The notes under the pieces: model-generated | The model's input: only the letters and a program-made list of their open reading frames with translations | Databases searched by the model: none | Told to the model about the DNA's origin: nothing | Position numbers and translations under genes: made by a program | Assembly (NCBI GenBank): GCA_027623775.1 | Contig: JAQBUY010000001.1 | Span: forward strand, 4,781-68,780 | Origin: Pseudomonadota bacterium | GTDB lineage: Bacteria > Pseudomonadota > Alphaproteobacteria > HIMB59 | Reading direction: 5' to 3' | DNA: 64,000 bases | Shown: one piece after another, positions 45,820 through 56,676 of the stretch | How positions within the stretch are numbered: position 1 is the first letter of the stretch | Layout: each line of letters starts with the position of its first letter

Positions 45820-45973
45820 TAATGTCAGTATTTTCAATGATTTGATTGAGTATATTGAGCAAAATAAAATTCAGCCTTTAGTTGCAAAGACTTTTCCTTT
45901 AAAAGATATAAAGCAGGCACAAATAGAATTCATGGAAAAAAAATTTATTGGTAAGCTCGTCCTTATCCCTTAG
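45788..45973 (+). pseudogene. C-terminal 61-aa remnant of an MDR alcohol dehydrogenase/quinone reductase
   Basis: Translated by hand: KDLTFYGST...LIEYIEQNKIQPLVAKTFPLKDIKQAQIEFMEKKFIGKLVLIP*; no N-terminal start. Confidence 0.75.
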
Positions 45974-45983
45974 GAATTAAATA

Positions 45984-47018
45984 ATGGTAGATATACAAGA
46001 ACCCGGTCAAAAACATTCAACAGATGTTGTTATTATTGGAGCTGGTCCTTGTGGAATTTTTACAGTTTTTGAATTAGGACTTTTAGATGTTAAGGCTCAC
46101 TTAATTGATAATCTAGATAAGATAGGAGGTCAATGTGCTGAGTTGTATCCAGATAAAAACTTATATGACATTCCTAGTAGACCAGCCTTAACAGGACAAG
46201 AGTTAATTGATGATCTTGTCAAACAAGCAGAACCTTTCAAACCAACTTTTCATTTAAACCAAATGACATCAGAAATAATTTTAAATGAAGATTCCATATT
46301 GGTAAAAACAAATGCTAATACCACTATAGAATGTAAATCTATAGTTATTGCTGCTGGAGCAGGATCTTTTGTTACAAGAAAATTACCAGCTGCAGACATT
46401 CAATCTTTTGAAGGAAAAAATATTTTTTACTCTGTCAAAAACAGAAAAGAATTTATGGATAAAAAAATCATTATTGCAGGGGGAGGAGACTCTGCTTTGG
46501 ATTATGTTTTAGGTTTTAAAGATATCGCAAATTCCATTACTTTAGTTCACAGACGTAAAGAATTTAAAGCCGTTCAAGATTCAATTAATAAGGTTATGAC
46601 TATGGTTGATAACCAAGAAGCTAATTTTCATATGAGTACTGTTAAAAAATTAATAGATAACAATAAAGGACAAGTTAATGTTGAATTAGAAGATGGAACT
46701 CAAATTGAAAATGTTGACGCAATTTTTCCATTTTTTGGATTAAAGATAGAACTCGGACCTATTGCTAATTGGGGTTTAAATTTAGAAAGTAATTTAATTT
46801 CAGTTAATACTGAAAACTTTGAAACTTCAGTTCCTCGTATTTTTGCCGTAGGAGATATTTGTCATTATCCTGGAAAATTAAAACTAATATTAAGCGGATT
46901 TCATGAGGCTACTTTAGCTGCAAAAAAAATATTTCATTATTGTTATAGTGATAAAAAGTATGTATTTCGTTACACTACATCATCTAGCGAACTTAAGAAA
47001 AAACTGGGTGTGAGCTAA
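45984..47018 (+). CDS. TrxB-like ferredoxin-NADP reductase
   Basis: GAGPCG, GGQCAELYPDK, GGGDSA, YPGKLKLILSGFHE. Confidence 0.88.
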   Translation: MVDIQEPGQKHSTDVVIIGAGPCGIFTVFELGLLDVKAHLIDNLDKIGGQCAELYPDKNLYDIPSRPALTGQELIDDLVKQAEPFKPTFHLNQMTSEIILNEDSILVKTNANTTIECKSIVIAAGAGSFVTRKLPAADIQSFEGKNIFYSVKNRKEFMDKKIIIAGGGDSALDYVLGFKDIANSITLVHRRKEFKAVQDSINKVMTMVDNQEANFHMSTVKKLIDNNKGQVNVELEDGTQIENVDAIFPFFGLKIELGPIANWGLNLESNLISVNTENFETSVPRIFAVGDICHYPGKLKLILSGFHEATLAAKKIFHYCYSDKKYVFRYTTSSSELKKKLGVS

Positions 47019-47063
47019 CAATAAGAGCTTTGTTAGATCGGGAGTTAGAAGACATTCCAACTT

Positions 47064-47723
47064 ATGAAATTTCTTAAAATAAAAAATATTCCTACTACTC
47101 AATGGAGTTCAGACCGTCCTTTAAATTTTAAACCAAAAATCAAAACTCTTTTTTACTTAGTGTTTGGACTAACTATCTTTGGATTCGGTGAATCTCTATT
47201 AATTCATTCAATGATAGGACTTAGTCCATGGCTAGTTTTTGCAGAAGGCATAGCTATTAATCTTAACTGGTCAATTGGCTTTGCTACTTTTGCTTGCAGT
47301 GTTGGAGTTCTATTGATTTGGCTACCACTCAGGCAACAACCTGGAGTAGGCACAATTTTAAATATCATCATCATTGCTGGCACTATTGACTTATCTATGT
47401 ATTTATTTGATTTTTCAACAAGTAGTTATTTTATAAACCTAATAGTAGGTTCTTTGGGAGTAATATTAGTTGGACTGGGAAGTGGTATTTATTTAACAGC
47501 AAATCTAGGTCCTGGTCCACGAGATGGATTGATGACTGGTCTGCAGCGAGTTACCCAATATCCAATTGCTTGGGTAAGAGTATCTATAGAAGTGTCTGTA
47601 GTTGGCGTAGGCTGGATACTTGGTGGCACAGTAGGATTAGGTACATTGCTTTTTGCTTTTGGTATTGGACCGGCAGTGGCTTTTGGACTTCATTTTGTTG
47701 CAAAAGTTAATAAAAAAAATTAA
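47064..47723 (+). CDS. YczE/YitT-like membrane protein
   Basis: GLSPW, PGVGTILN, LGPGPRDGLMTG, GGTVGLGT. Confidence 0.8.
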   Translation: MKFLKIKNIPTTQWSSDRPLNFKPKIKTLFYLVFGLTIFGFGESLLIHSMIGLSPWLVFAEGIAINLNWSIGFATFACSVGVLLIWLPLRQQPGVGTILNIIIIAGTIDLSMYLFDFSTSSYFINLIVGSLGVILVGLGSGIYLTANLGPGPRDGLMTGLQRVTQYPIAWVRVSIEVSVVGVGWILGGTVGLGTLLFAFGIGPAVAFGLHFVAKVNKKN

Positions 47724-47730
47724 TTATAAT

Positions 47731-48495
47731 TTAACCTTTTGCATACCAACCGTTATCAACATAAAAAGCATTCCCATTCACAAAACTAGATTCATCTGAA
47801 GCTAGATAAAGCACTGCAGATGCAACTTCTTCCGGATTACAAAGCCTACCTTGAACTATTTTTAAATCGGCTTCATTCCATTTTTGACCTAAGGCATCAA
47901 GTTCATCAATTTCTCTGAGTCCATGATTTGTTTTTACAAATGCAGGGCACACCGCATTACATCTGATGTTATTGTCTCTATATTCTACAGCAATAGATCT
48001 TGCTAATTGCAAAACAGCACCTTTTGTCATGCAATATAAAGACTCATATGCAAAACCCTTTTCTCCTCCAATGGAAGAGGTAATAACAATCGAACCACCT
48101 CCATTTTTCATCATGTGAGGAATTATTTTATTACAAATTAAAAATGCAGAACGAACATTAATGTTCATTAAACGATCATAATCTTCTTCAGTTGATTTAT
48201 GTAAGGGTTTAACAATAATTGTTCCGGCATGGTTAAAAAGAATATCTATTTTATTAAATTTTTTTATTGTGGCATCAACAGACCTTGACACTTCTTCTGA
48301 TTTTGAAACATCAGTTTTAAAAAATATGGCTTTGCCTCCATTTGCATTAATTTCTGAAACTGTTTCATGTCCAGCTTTTTCATTAATATCTAAGATTGCC
48401 ACTTTAGCGCCTTCTTTACAAAAAAGTTTTGAAGTTACTCCTCCTATTCCGGAAGCACCACCTGTAATAATTGCACACTTATTTTCTAATCTCAT
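47731..48495 (-). CDS. Short-chain dehydrogenase/reductase
   Basis: TGGASGIG, NHAG, YCMTK. Confidence 0.92.
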   Translation of the reverse strand: MRLENKCAIITGGASGIGGVTSKLFCKEGAKVAILDINEKAGHETVSEINANGGKAIFFKTDVSKSEEVSRSVDATIKKFNKIDILFNHAGTIIVKPLHKSTEEDYDRLMNINVRSAFLICNKIIPHMMKNGGGSIVITSSIGGEKGFAYESLYCMTKGAVLQLARSIAVEYRDNNIRCNAVCPAFVKTNHGLREIDELDALGQKWNEADLKIVQGRLCNPEEVASAVLYLASDESSFVNGNAFYVDNGWYAKG

Positions 48496-48601
48496 CTCTT
48501 GATAACTATATAAAACTATTGATTCTAATTATTAATATTTTGTATGTATTTCGACTATAATTATGTAGAGTTTGAGCAGTAATAACAAGGAGGAATATTA
48601 A

Positions 48602-49546
48602 ATGAAATTTAATAATAAAATAATAACACTTATGTCAGTAGTTTTTTTGTTTGCTGCTCATACTGTTAGAGCGGAAGATTCAAAAGATCCTATAAAAATG
48701 ACACTTCATGATTGGACTGGTCAATTGATCACTACAAATATCATGGCAGAAGTTCTTAAAAAAGCTGGAAGCAATATTGAATTAGTTCAAGCTGATTATT
48801 TAGCTCAATTTGCTGGCCTTCAAACTGGCGACCTTCATTTAGCTATGGAGATGTGGGAAACTACTGGTCGTGATGCAATGGATGAATACACAGCCGATGG
48901 TCGTGTAGTAAATATTGGATCAACAGGAATGGAAGGAATTGAAGAGTGGTGGTATCCATCTTACATGAAAGATGTGTGTCCTGGTCTTCCAAACTGGGAA
49001 GCTTTAAATGATTGTGCTGAGGCTTTTTCTACAGCAGAAACTTCACCAATGGGAAGATATCTAGGAGCTCCTGTTACTTGGGGTGGCTTTGATGATGAAA
49101 GAGTTGAGGCTCTTGGATTGGATTGGGAAGTAATACATGCAGGAACAGATGCTGCATTGTTTGCTGAACTAGAATCAGCTTACCAAAGAAAAGCACCTAT
49201 TATGTTATGGGTTTATGCTCCTCACTGGGCACCTGCAAAATTTGATGGCGAGTGGGTTGAATTTCCAGAATACACAACTGAATGTTACACAGATCCATCA
49301 TGGGGTACGAATAAAAATTCTGCTCATGACTGTGGTAAGCCTAGAGGTCCAATATGGAAAGTTGCTTCAAGTCAATTAGAGGAAAAGTGGCCAAATGCAT
49401 ATAAAGCAGTTGAATCATTTACTCTTAGTAATGATGAGATGGGCAGTATGATTGTAGCAGTTGATTTAGAAGGCGGCACTGTCGAAGGAGTTGTGGCAGA
49501 ATGGATGGCTAACAACAAAAGTAAATGGGAAAGCTGGATTAAGTAA
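48602..49546 (+). CDS. Glycine betaine/choline-type (ProX/OpuAC) ABC substrate-binding protein
   Basis: Signal peptide; Trp-rich DWTGQ, EMWE, EEWWYP, PHW; AGGAGG SD. Confidence 0.85.
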   Translation: MKFNNKIITLMSVVFLFAAHTVRAEDSKDPIKMTLHDWTGQLITTNIMAEVLKKAGSNIELVQADYLAQFAGLQTGDLHLAMEMWETTGRDAMDEYTADGRVVNIGSTGMEGIEEWWYPSYMKDVCPGLPNWEALNDCAEAFSTAETSPMGRYLGAPVTWGGFDDERVEALGLDWEVIHAGTDAALFAELESAYQRKAPIMLWVYAPHWAPAKFDGEWVEFPEYTTECYTDPSWGTNKNSAHDCGKPRGPIWKVASSQLEEKWPNAYKAVESFTLSNDEMGSMIVAVDLEGGTVEGVVAEWMANNKSKWESWIK

Positions 49547-49567
49547 CTCTTACTTAATTTATTTTTT

Positions 49568-49600
49568 AGCTAAGGGCTTAACAGGCCCTTAGCTTATTTT
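49568..49600 (+). terminator. Strong intergenic hairpin after the SBP gene (terminator or mRNA stabiliser)
   Basis: AGCTAAGGGC...GCCCTTAGCT followed by TATTTT. Confidence 0.75.
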
Positions 49601-49602
49601 AA

Positions 49603-51591
49603 ATGTTTTATAAGAAAAATCATTCTCAGGTAAATTTTTTTTTTTTACTAACTTTAACTTTTATATTTTACTTATACGGAAAAGAATGGTGCTCTTATTT
49701 AGGAATAGAATGGGCTATTAAATATCCTAAGCAGTTCATCTTCCCTTTAAAAATTTATATCTCTAGTTTTGTAAAGTGGCTTATGAATGAAGCTCATTTT
49801 GTAATTTTTAGCTTCAAGGATTTAACAAGATCTATTTCATGGATAATAGAACAACCTTATCAATTTATACTTTCTTTATTTGCTAAAGGTTTTTATAAAG
49901 GTCAAGGTCAAGAGGCACAGCTAATCTTACCTCCTCTTAGTTGGATTGCCGTAACAACAATTATTACAAGTCTAGCTATTTACACTAAGGATAAAGTATT
50001 GGTGGCTTTAGTTAGTTTATCGTTTTTTTATCTTGCAGTATTTGGTCAATGGAATAGTGCTATGATTACTCTTTCCTCAATTATTATTGCAGTGCCCATA
50101 GGAGTTTTATTAGGATTAAGTTTAGGCATTGCATCATATAAATCAAAAATAATTGAAAAAATTATAAGGCCAGTTTTAAGTTTAATGCAGACTATTCCTG
50201 TTTTTGCATACCTTGTTCCTATTTTGGTAATGTTTGGGTTTGGTCCTGTTTCAGCATTAATTGCGACTGTTATCTATGCCATGCCACCAATGGTTCACAC
50301 AACAATATTAGCTCTAAAAGGTGTAGATCCTCAAATTAAAGATTTTGGATTAATATCAGGCTGTACTAATAGACAATTAATGTGGAAAGTTTTAATACCT
50401 TCCTCTAAATCAACAATTATGGTGGGGGTTAATCAAGTCATAATGCTTTCTTTCAATATGGTTATTATTGCATCTATGATTGGAGCTGGAGGTTTAGGCT
50501 ATGATGTTTTGACATCTTTGAGAAAACTAGACATTGGAGGAGGTGTTGAATCGGGTTTAGCTATAGTAATTTTAGCCGTAGCACTCGACCGCTTAAGTCA
50601 AGCTTATGTAAGATTAAGACCCGAAAGTAAATCTAAAAACCAAAGTATCTTTAAAAAATATGGACTATTACTCATATGCTTAGCAGTAATGGCTGCCACT
50701 TATCTTATGGGATTTGTTAGCGAATTCATCAAAAGCTATCCCGAAGAATTATCAGTAAGCACCTCAGTTTTCTGGGAAAATTCTATGCGTTTTATAAATG
50801 TTAATTACTACGATTTATTAGAATCAATAAAAGTATTTTTACTAATCTTTTTTCTCATGCCTATTAAAAAATTTTTTATAGCTATTCCCTGGCCTTGGAT
50901 GGTGATAATAATTACTATCACTGCTTGGCACTATGGAAAATTCAAATTATCAATTTTAACTTTTTTACTTTTAATGTTTATCGTTATTTCTGGATTATGG
51001 GAAAAGGCTATGATTACAATCTATCTCTGCGGTTCCAGTGTTATCATCGCATGTCTAATAGGAATTCCTTTAGGTATCTTTGCGGGGTTAAATAAAAAAG
51101 CAGATAGAATTTTAACTGCATTTGTAGATACACTTCAAACACTTCCTAGTTTTGTTTACCTAATACCTGTTGTAATGCTTTTTAGAGTGGGTGACTTTAC
51201 GGCAATGATTGCCGTTATTCTATATGCTCTAGCACCGGCTATCCGTTACACCGCTCATGGAATTAAAAATATTAACAAAGAATTAATAGAGGCAAGTCTA
51301 ATAAGCGGTTGTACTCCAAGGCAGTTACTATTTAAAGTTCGTCTGCCACTAGCTCTTCCTGAAATTTTACTGGGCATTAATCAAACAATCATGTTAGCTC
51401 TTTCCATGCTAGTAATTACAGCCTTAGTAGGCACTAGAGATCTTGGTCAAGAAGTGTATATCGCTTTAACAAAGGCAGATATTGGAAGAGGGCTCGTTGC
51501 TGGATTATGTGTTGCTTTTATTGCTATTATCGCTGATAAAATTATTGTAGCATCTAGCAATCGACTAAAAATTAAATACGGAATAATGTAA
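49603..51591 (+). CDS. Fused double ProW-type ABC permease
   Basis: Two repeats: MQTIPVFAYLVP/LQTLPSFVYLIP and GVNQVIML/GINQTIML. Confidence 0.88.
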   Translation: MFYKKNHSQVNFFFLLTLTFIFYLYGKEWCSYLGIEWAIKYPKQFIFPLKIYISSFVKWLMNEAHFVIFSFKDLTRSISWIIEQPYQFILSLFAKGFYKGQGQEAQLILPPLSWIAVTTIITSLAIYTKDKVLVALVSLSFFYLAVFGQWNSAMITLSSIIIAVPIGVLLGLSLGIASYKSKIIEKIIRPVLSLMQTIPVFAYLVPILVMFGFGPVSALIATVIYAMPPMVHTTILALKGVDPQIKDFGLISGCTNRQLMWKVLIPSSKSTIMVGVNQVIMLSFNMVIIASMIGAGGLGYDVLTSLRKLDIGGGVESGLAIVILAVALDRLSQAYVRLRPESKSKNQSIFKKYGLLLICLAVMAATYLMGFVSEFIKSYPEELSVSTSVFWENSMRFINVNYYDLLESIKVFLLIFFLMPIKKFFIAIPWPWMVIIITITAWHYGKFKLSILTFLLLMFIVISGLWEKAMITIYLCGSSVIIACLIGIPLGIFAGLNKKADRILTAFVDTLQTLPSFVYLIPVVMLFRVGDFTAMIAVILYALAPAIRYTAHGIKNINKELIEASLISGCTPRQLLFKVRLPLALPEILLGINQTIMLALSMLVITALVGTRDLGQEVYIALTKADIGRGLVAGLCVAFIAIIADKIIVASSNRLKIKYGIM

Positions 51592-51592
51592 A

Positions 51593-52462
51593 ATGGACAC
51601 GGATCACTCTAAGTTAATAAATTCTCTTAATATCTGGTCTGGCCCAATTGAAGTCAAGGTGCTGGGGGGAGGTATTACCAATCATAATTTTATCGTCACA
51701 GATCAAGAGAAAAAAACAGTGGTTCGTATAGGTCAGGATATTCCTGAACATTTAGTGGTTCGCTCAAATGAATTAATGGCTAGTCAGGCCGCGCATAAAG
51801 TAGGGGTTAGCCCTAAAATACTTCATCATGAAAAAGGAGTTTTGGTTTTAGATTTTATTGAAAGCATAACTTTTGACCCAGGGCTTGTAAGAAATAATAT
51901 TAATAGAATTATCCCTTTAATTAAAAAAGTTCATCAAGAGATTCCCCATCATTTAATTGGAGCTCCAATGATTTTTTGGGTATTTCATGTTATCAGGAAT
52001 TATGCAAATTTTTTACAAGATAAAAAAAGTAAATATATTTCTTTAATTCCAGAACTTTTAAAAAACTGTAGAAATTTAGAAAAGCTTTCTTCTCCACACG
52101 AGATTGTCTATGGACACAATGATTTATTGGCAGCAAATTTTTTAGATGATGGTTCTAAATTATGGTTAGTAGACTGGGAGTATGCGGGCTTCAATAGTCC
52201 TCTATTTGATTTAGGGGGCTTGGCTTCAAATAATGATTTAACTTCAAAAGATGAAACAAACTTATTAGAAGAATATTTTGAAAAAAAAATAACAGATAAA
52301 TTATTAGAGCAGTACTATGCAATGAAGTGCTCATCTTTATTAAGAGAAACTATGTGGAGTATGGTTTCTGAAATTACCTCAAGTCTAGATTTTGATTACC
52401 AGCAGTACACGAAAGATTATCATTTAAAATTCCAAGCATCTTATGATAGTTTGAGTAAATAA
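51593..52462 (+). CDS. Choline/ethanolamine kinase family protein
   Basis: GGITNHN, HNDLLAANF, VDWEYAG. Confidence 0.85.
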   Translation: MDTDHSKLINSLNIWSGPIEVKVLGGGITNHNFIVTDQEKKTVVRIGQDIPEHLVVRSNELMASQAAHKVGVSPKILHHEKGVLVLDFIESITFDPGLVRNNINRIIPLIKKVHQEIPHHLIGAPMIFWVFHVIRNYANFLQDKKSKYISLIPELLKNCRNLEKLSSPHEIVYGHNDLLAANFLDDGSKLWLVDWEYAGFNSPLFDLGGLASNNDLTSKDETNLLEEYFEKKITDKLLEQYYAMKCSSLLRETMWSMVSEITSSLDFDYQQYTKDYHLKFQASYDSLSK

Positions 52463-52463
52463 A

Positions 52464-54908
52464 ATGAAATCTAAATTACCAAATTCTTCTAAAATAGTAG
52501 TTATTGGGGGTGGAATTATTGGCTGCTCTACCGCATACCACTTAGCCCATATGGGTCTGGAAGTTGTGTTACTGGAAAGAAAGAAACTCACCTCTGGAAC
52601 AACTTTTCATGCAGCTGGTTTAGTTGGACAGCTTCGTACGAATGCAAATATTACACAATTATTAGGCTATTCTGTTGATTTATATAATAAGCTGGAAAAG
52701 GAAACTGGTCTTGGTACTGGATGGAAAATGAATGGTGGCCTTAGACTTGCCTGTAATCAAGAAAGATGGACCGAAGTTCAAAGGCAAACAACAACAGCGC
52801 ATTCTTTTGGTTTAGAAATGGATTTATTATCACCCAAAGAGGCTCAAGATTTATGGCCTATTATGGACATTGGTGATGTTGTGGGAGCTGCTTTTCTTCC
52901 GACCGATGGTCAAGCAAATCCATCAGATATTACTCAGGCTTTAGCTAAAGGCGCTCGCTCCCAAGGAGCAATTGTTATTGAAGAAGTGGAAGTTCTAGAT
53001 CTAATTAAAGACAACGATCAAATCAAAGGATTAAAAACCTCTCAAGGAGATATTTCTTGTGAAAAAGTGATATGCTGTGCAGGTCAATGGACTAGAACTT
53101 TTGCTGAAAAATTCGGCATCAATGTTCCGCTTGTTCCTTTTCAACATCAATACTTAGTAACTGAGAAAATTGAAGGTGTTCAATCCAATTTACCAACATT
53201 GCGTGATCCTGACCGTTTAATTTATTTTAAAGAAGAAGTTGGAGGACTAGTTATGGGTGGCTACGAGCCTAACCCAAAAAGTTGGGCAGAAGAAGGCATA
53301 CCTAAAGATTTTCATTATACTCTTCTTGATTCAGATTTTGACCACTTCGAGGAATTAATGACTAATGCTCTTGGAAGAGTGCCTTTATTAGAAACTGCCG
53401 GAGTAAAAGAGTTAATTAATGGTCCAGAAAGCTTTACACCAGATGGAAATTTTATTTTAGGCGAGTCACCAGAGCAAAATAATTTTTATGTCGGAGCAGG
53501 TTTTAATGCATATGGGATTGCTGCAGGCGGCGGTGCGGGTATGGCTCTTGCTGAGTGGGTCGCTAATGGAGAACCGCCTTATGACTTATGGCCAGTTGAT
53601 ATTAGAAGGTTTGGACAACCTCATCAGGAAACAGATTGGGTGAGAAAAAGGACTTATGAGGCTTATGCTAAGCATTACACAATTGCTTGGCCTTTTGAAG
53701 AGCATGATAGTGGCCGTCCTTATAAAAAATCTCCTATTTATGAAAAATTAAAAGCAAATGGCGCGTGTTTTGGTGAAAAATTAGGATGGGAGAGGCCCAA
53801 TTGGTTTGCTCCAAAAGGTATGGAAGCGAAAGACCAATATACATATGGTCGTCAAAATTGGTTTCCAATTGTAGCTGAAGAGCATAAAGCCGCTAGAGAG
53901 CAAGCAGTTATTATTGATCAAACTTCTTTTGCAAAATTCCTCATAACAGGCAGTGATGCTGAAAAGGCCTTAAGTTATATTTGTGCTAATGATATTTCTA
54001 AACCTGTCGGCTCTTTAATTTATACTCAAATGTTAAACGAGCGTGGAGGAATAGAAACAGATTTAACTGTTGTGAGATTAGACAATAACTCTTTTTACTT
54101 AGTTACTGGTACGGGATTTATGACTCATGATTTTGATTGGATCAAATCAAATATACCGACTGGCTATAATGTGCAATTAGAAAATATAACTTTTGCTCAT
54201 TCTGTTTTTTCTTTAATGGGCCCAAAGTCAAGAGAGATACTCCAGGCTTCTTCAGAGAATAATTTTGATAATAAAAATTTTCCTTTCGCGACATTTCAAA
54301 ATATTTTAATTAATAATTGTCCAGTGAAAGCATTACGTATTACTTATATGGGTGAACTTGGGTGGGAGTTGCATTTTCCAATTGAACATGCAGAAAACAT
54401 TTATGACTCTCTTATGAAAAATGGGGAACCTTTAGGTTTAAAAAATGCTGGGTATAGAACAATTGAAAGTTGTAGACTAGAGAAAGGATACAGAGCGTGG
54501 GGTTCTGACATCGGTCCTGATCACACACCTTTAGAAGCTGGTCTTGGCTGGGCTGTTAAACTTAAAAAGGATATAGATTTTATTGGTAGACAATCTCTTT
54601 TGGATCAAAAAAAAAATGGTATTAAGAAAATTTTCGCAGCTTTTACTTCCGATGATCCTGAAGTAATTTTATTAGGTAGAGAAACTATTTATCGTAACGG
54701 ACAAAGAGTAGGTTGGTTAAGTAGTGGTGGTTTTGGATATACAATCAATAAACCAATAGGATATGGTTATGTTAGATCTGAGAATCCGATTGATCAAAAT
54801 TATGTCTTAGAAGGATCTTATGAGCTAGAAGTAGCTACTAAAAAAGTCAAATGTAACGTTCATCTTCAATCTTTATATGATCCACAAATGAAAAAAATTA
54901 GGGCTTAA
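52464..54908 (+). CDS. Dimethylglycine/sarcosine dehydrogenase-like flavoprotein with GcvT (THF) domain
   Basis: GGGIIG, TTFHAAG (covalent FAD His), NGPESFTPDG, GWERP, GELGWE, RLEKGYR. Confidence 0.9.
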   Translation: MKSKLPNSSKIVVIGGGIIGCSTAYHLAHMGLEVVLLERKKLTSGTTFHAAGLVGQLRTNANITQLLGYSVDLYNKLEKETGLGTGWKMNGGLRLACNQERWTEVQRQTTTAHSFGLEMDLLSPKEAQDLWPIMDIGDVVGAAFLPTDGQANPSDITQALAKGARSQGAIVIEEVEVLDLIKDNDQIKGLKTSQGDISCEKVICCAGQWTRTFAEKFGINVPLVPFQHQYLVTEKIEGVQSNLPTLRDPDRLIYFKEEVGGLVMGGYEPNPKSWAEEGIPKDFHYTLLDSDFDHFEELMTNALGRVPLLETAGVKELINGPESFTPDGNFILGESPEQNNFYVGAGFNAYGIAAGGGAGMALAEWVANGEPPYDLWPVDIRRFGQPHQETDWVRKRTYEAYAKHYTIAWPFEEHDSGRPYKKSPIYEKLKANGACFGEKLGWERPNWFAPKGMEAKDQYTYGRQNWFPIVAEEHKAAREQAVIIDQTSFAKFLITGSDAEKALSYICANDISKPVGSLIYTQMLNERGGIETDLTVVRLDNNSFYLVTGTGFMTHDFDWIKSNIPTGYNVQLENITFAHSVFSLMGPKSREILQASSENNFDNKNFPFATFQNILINNCPVKALRITYMGELGWELHFPIEHAENIYDSLMKNGEPLGLKNAGYRTIESCRLEKGYRAWGSDIGPDHTPLEAGLGWAVKLKKDIDFIGRQSLLDQKKNGIKKIFAAFTSDDPEVILLGRETIYRNGQRVGWLSSGGFGYTINKPIGYGYVRSENPIDQNYVLEGSYELEVATKKVKCNVHLQSLYDPQMKKIRA

Positions 54909-54949
54909 CATTCTTCTAATACCAAGTTAGTTTATTCAACTTAATAATT

Positions 54950-55699
54950 ATGAAACTTCTAGTAGCAGTTAAAAGAGTCATTGACTATAACGTCCAGATT
55001 AGAGTCAAGTCAGACCAAACAGGTGTTGATATGGATAATGTAAAAATGTCAATGAATCCCCCTGATGAAAATGCTGTTGAAGAAGCTATAAAATTAAAGG
55101 ATTCTGGAGTGGCAACTGAAGTGGTTGTTGTTTCTATAGGGCATGAGAAATGCCAAGATACAATTAGATCAGCAATGGCTATGGGAGCTGATAGAGGAAT
55201 TTTAATTAAAACAGAAGATTTAATTGAGCCTCTTGCGGTTGCTAAAATACTCAAAGCAATTGTTGAAAAAGAACAACCAGATATGGTTCTTTTAGGAAAA
55301 CAAGCTATTGATGATGATTCTAATCAAACAGGACAAATGCTTTCTGCCTTGCTGAACTGGCCCCAAGGTTGTTTCATTTCTAAACTAGGAGTAAACGATA
55401 AAACGATCACTATCACTCGTGAAATTGATGAAGGTCTTGAACATTTAGAAATTCAATTACCAGCTGTCGTAACTTGTGACTTAAGATTAAATGAACCGAG
55501 ATTTGCGTCCCTTCCTAATATTATGAAAGCTAAGAAAAAACCTTTGGATGTGATTGCTATTGAAAATTTAGAAATTGATATATCTCCTAGAGTAAAGTTT
55601 TTAAAAGTTGAAGAAGCTCCAGTCCGTAAGGGTGGAACGATGGTAGCTGATGTGAAAGAATTAATTCAAAAATTAAAGTATGAGGCAAAAGTAATTTAA
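54950..55699 (+). CDS. etfB: Electron transfer flavoprotein beta
   Basis: VKRVIDY, GKQAIDDD, LNEPRFASLPNIMKAKKKP. Confidence 0.96.
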   Translation: MKLLVAVKRVIDYNVQIRVKSDQTGVDMDNVKMSMNPPDENAVEEAIKLKDSGVATEVVVVSIGHEKCQDTIRSAMAMGADRGILIKTEDLIEPLAVAKILKAIVEKEQPDMVLLGKQAIDDDSNQTGQMLSALLNWPQGCFISKLGVNDKTITITREIDEGLEHLEIQLPAVVTCDLRLNEPRFASLPNIMKAKKKPLDVIAIENLEIDISPRVKFLKVEEAPVRKGGTMVADVKELIQKLKYEAKVI

Positions 55700-56652
55700 T
55701 GAGCGTTTTAGTAATTGCTGAGCATAATAATAAATCTCTCAAGTCCTCAACGCTAAATACGGTCAGGGCTGCCTTAGAGATAGATACGGAAGTCCATATA
55801 TTAGTTTGTGGTTTTAATAATGATGAAGTGGTGAAGCAAACCTCAGTGATCGAAGGAATTATTAAGGTAATACAAATTAATGATCATTCAATTGAACATC
55901 AATTAGCCGAGCATCTATCCCAAGTCTTAGTGCAAATTTCAAAAAATTATACTCACATTCTTGCACCCTCCACAACATTTGGAAAAAATTTCATGCCACG
56001 TGCAGCAGCTATATTAGACGTTTCACAAATATCAGATATTTCAGCTGTTGTGTCAGCAGATACTTTCGTTAGGCCTATTTATGCGGGAAACGCTATTGCG
56101 ACAGTTCAGTCATCAGATTTAATTAAGTTTATTACAGTGAGACCTACTTCATTTGAGGCCGTAGAATCATCTGGGGGGAATGCAATGATTGAAAAAATTA
56201 CTTTTAATCTTGAGGAAATAAAAACAAAATTCGTTAATAGAGAAGAAGCACAGTCTGAAAGACCAGAATTAGGTAATGCCAGAATTGTTATCTCTGGTGG
56301 AAGAGGGCTTGAAAGTGCTGATAATTTTAAACTTTTAAATGAAATAGCCGATAAATTAAATGCTGCAGTAGGAGCATCTCGGGCGGCTGTCGATGCCGGA
56401 TATATTGGTAATGAGTGTCAGGTAGGACAAACAGGTAAAATGGTAGCCCCTGAACTTTATATTGCTGTTGGTATATCGGGCGCAATTCAACATTTAGCAG
56501 GAATGAAAGAAAGTAAAATTATCGTAGCTATTAATAAAGACGAAGACGCCCCTATTTTTGCTATAGCAGACTATGGTCTAAAAGCAGATTTATTTGTGGC
56601 ACTGCCTGAATTTTCTAAAGAATTAGATCTTCTAAATAATATCGCAAAATAG
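55699..56652 (+). CDS. etfA: Electron transfer flavoprotein alpha
   Basis: RPIYAGNA, SRAAVDAG, QVGQTGK, GISGAIQH. Confidence 0.96.
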   Translation: MSVLVIAEHNNKSLKSSTLNTVRAALEIDTEVHILVCGFNNDEVVKQTSVIEGIIKVIQINDHSIEHQLAEHLSQVLVQISKNYTHILAPSTTFGKNFMPRAAAILDVSQISDISAVVSADTFVRPIYAGNAIATVQSSDLIKFITVRPTSFEAVESSGGNAMIEKITFNLEEIKTKFVNREEAQSERPELGNARIVISGGRGLESADNFKLLNEIADKLNAAVGASRAAVDAGYIGNECQVGQTGKMVAPELYIAVGISGAIQHLAGMKESKIIVAINKDEDAPIFAIADYGLKADLFVALPEFSKELDLLNNIAK

Positions 56653-56676
56653 GAATTAATATTTTAAGATAAAATC

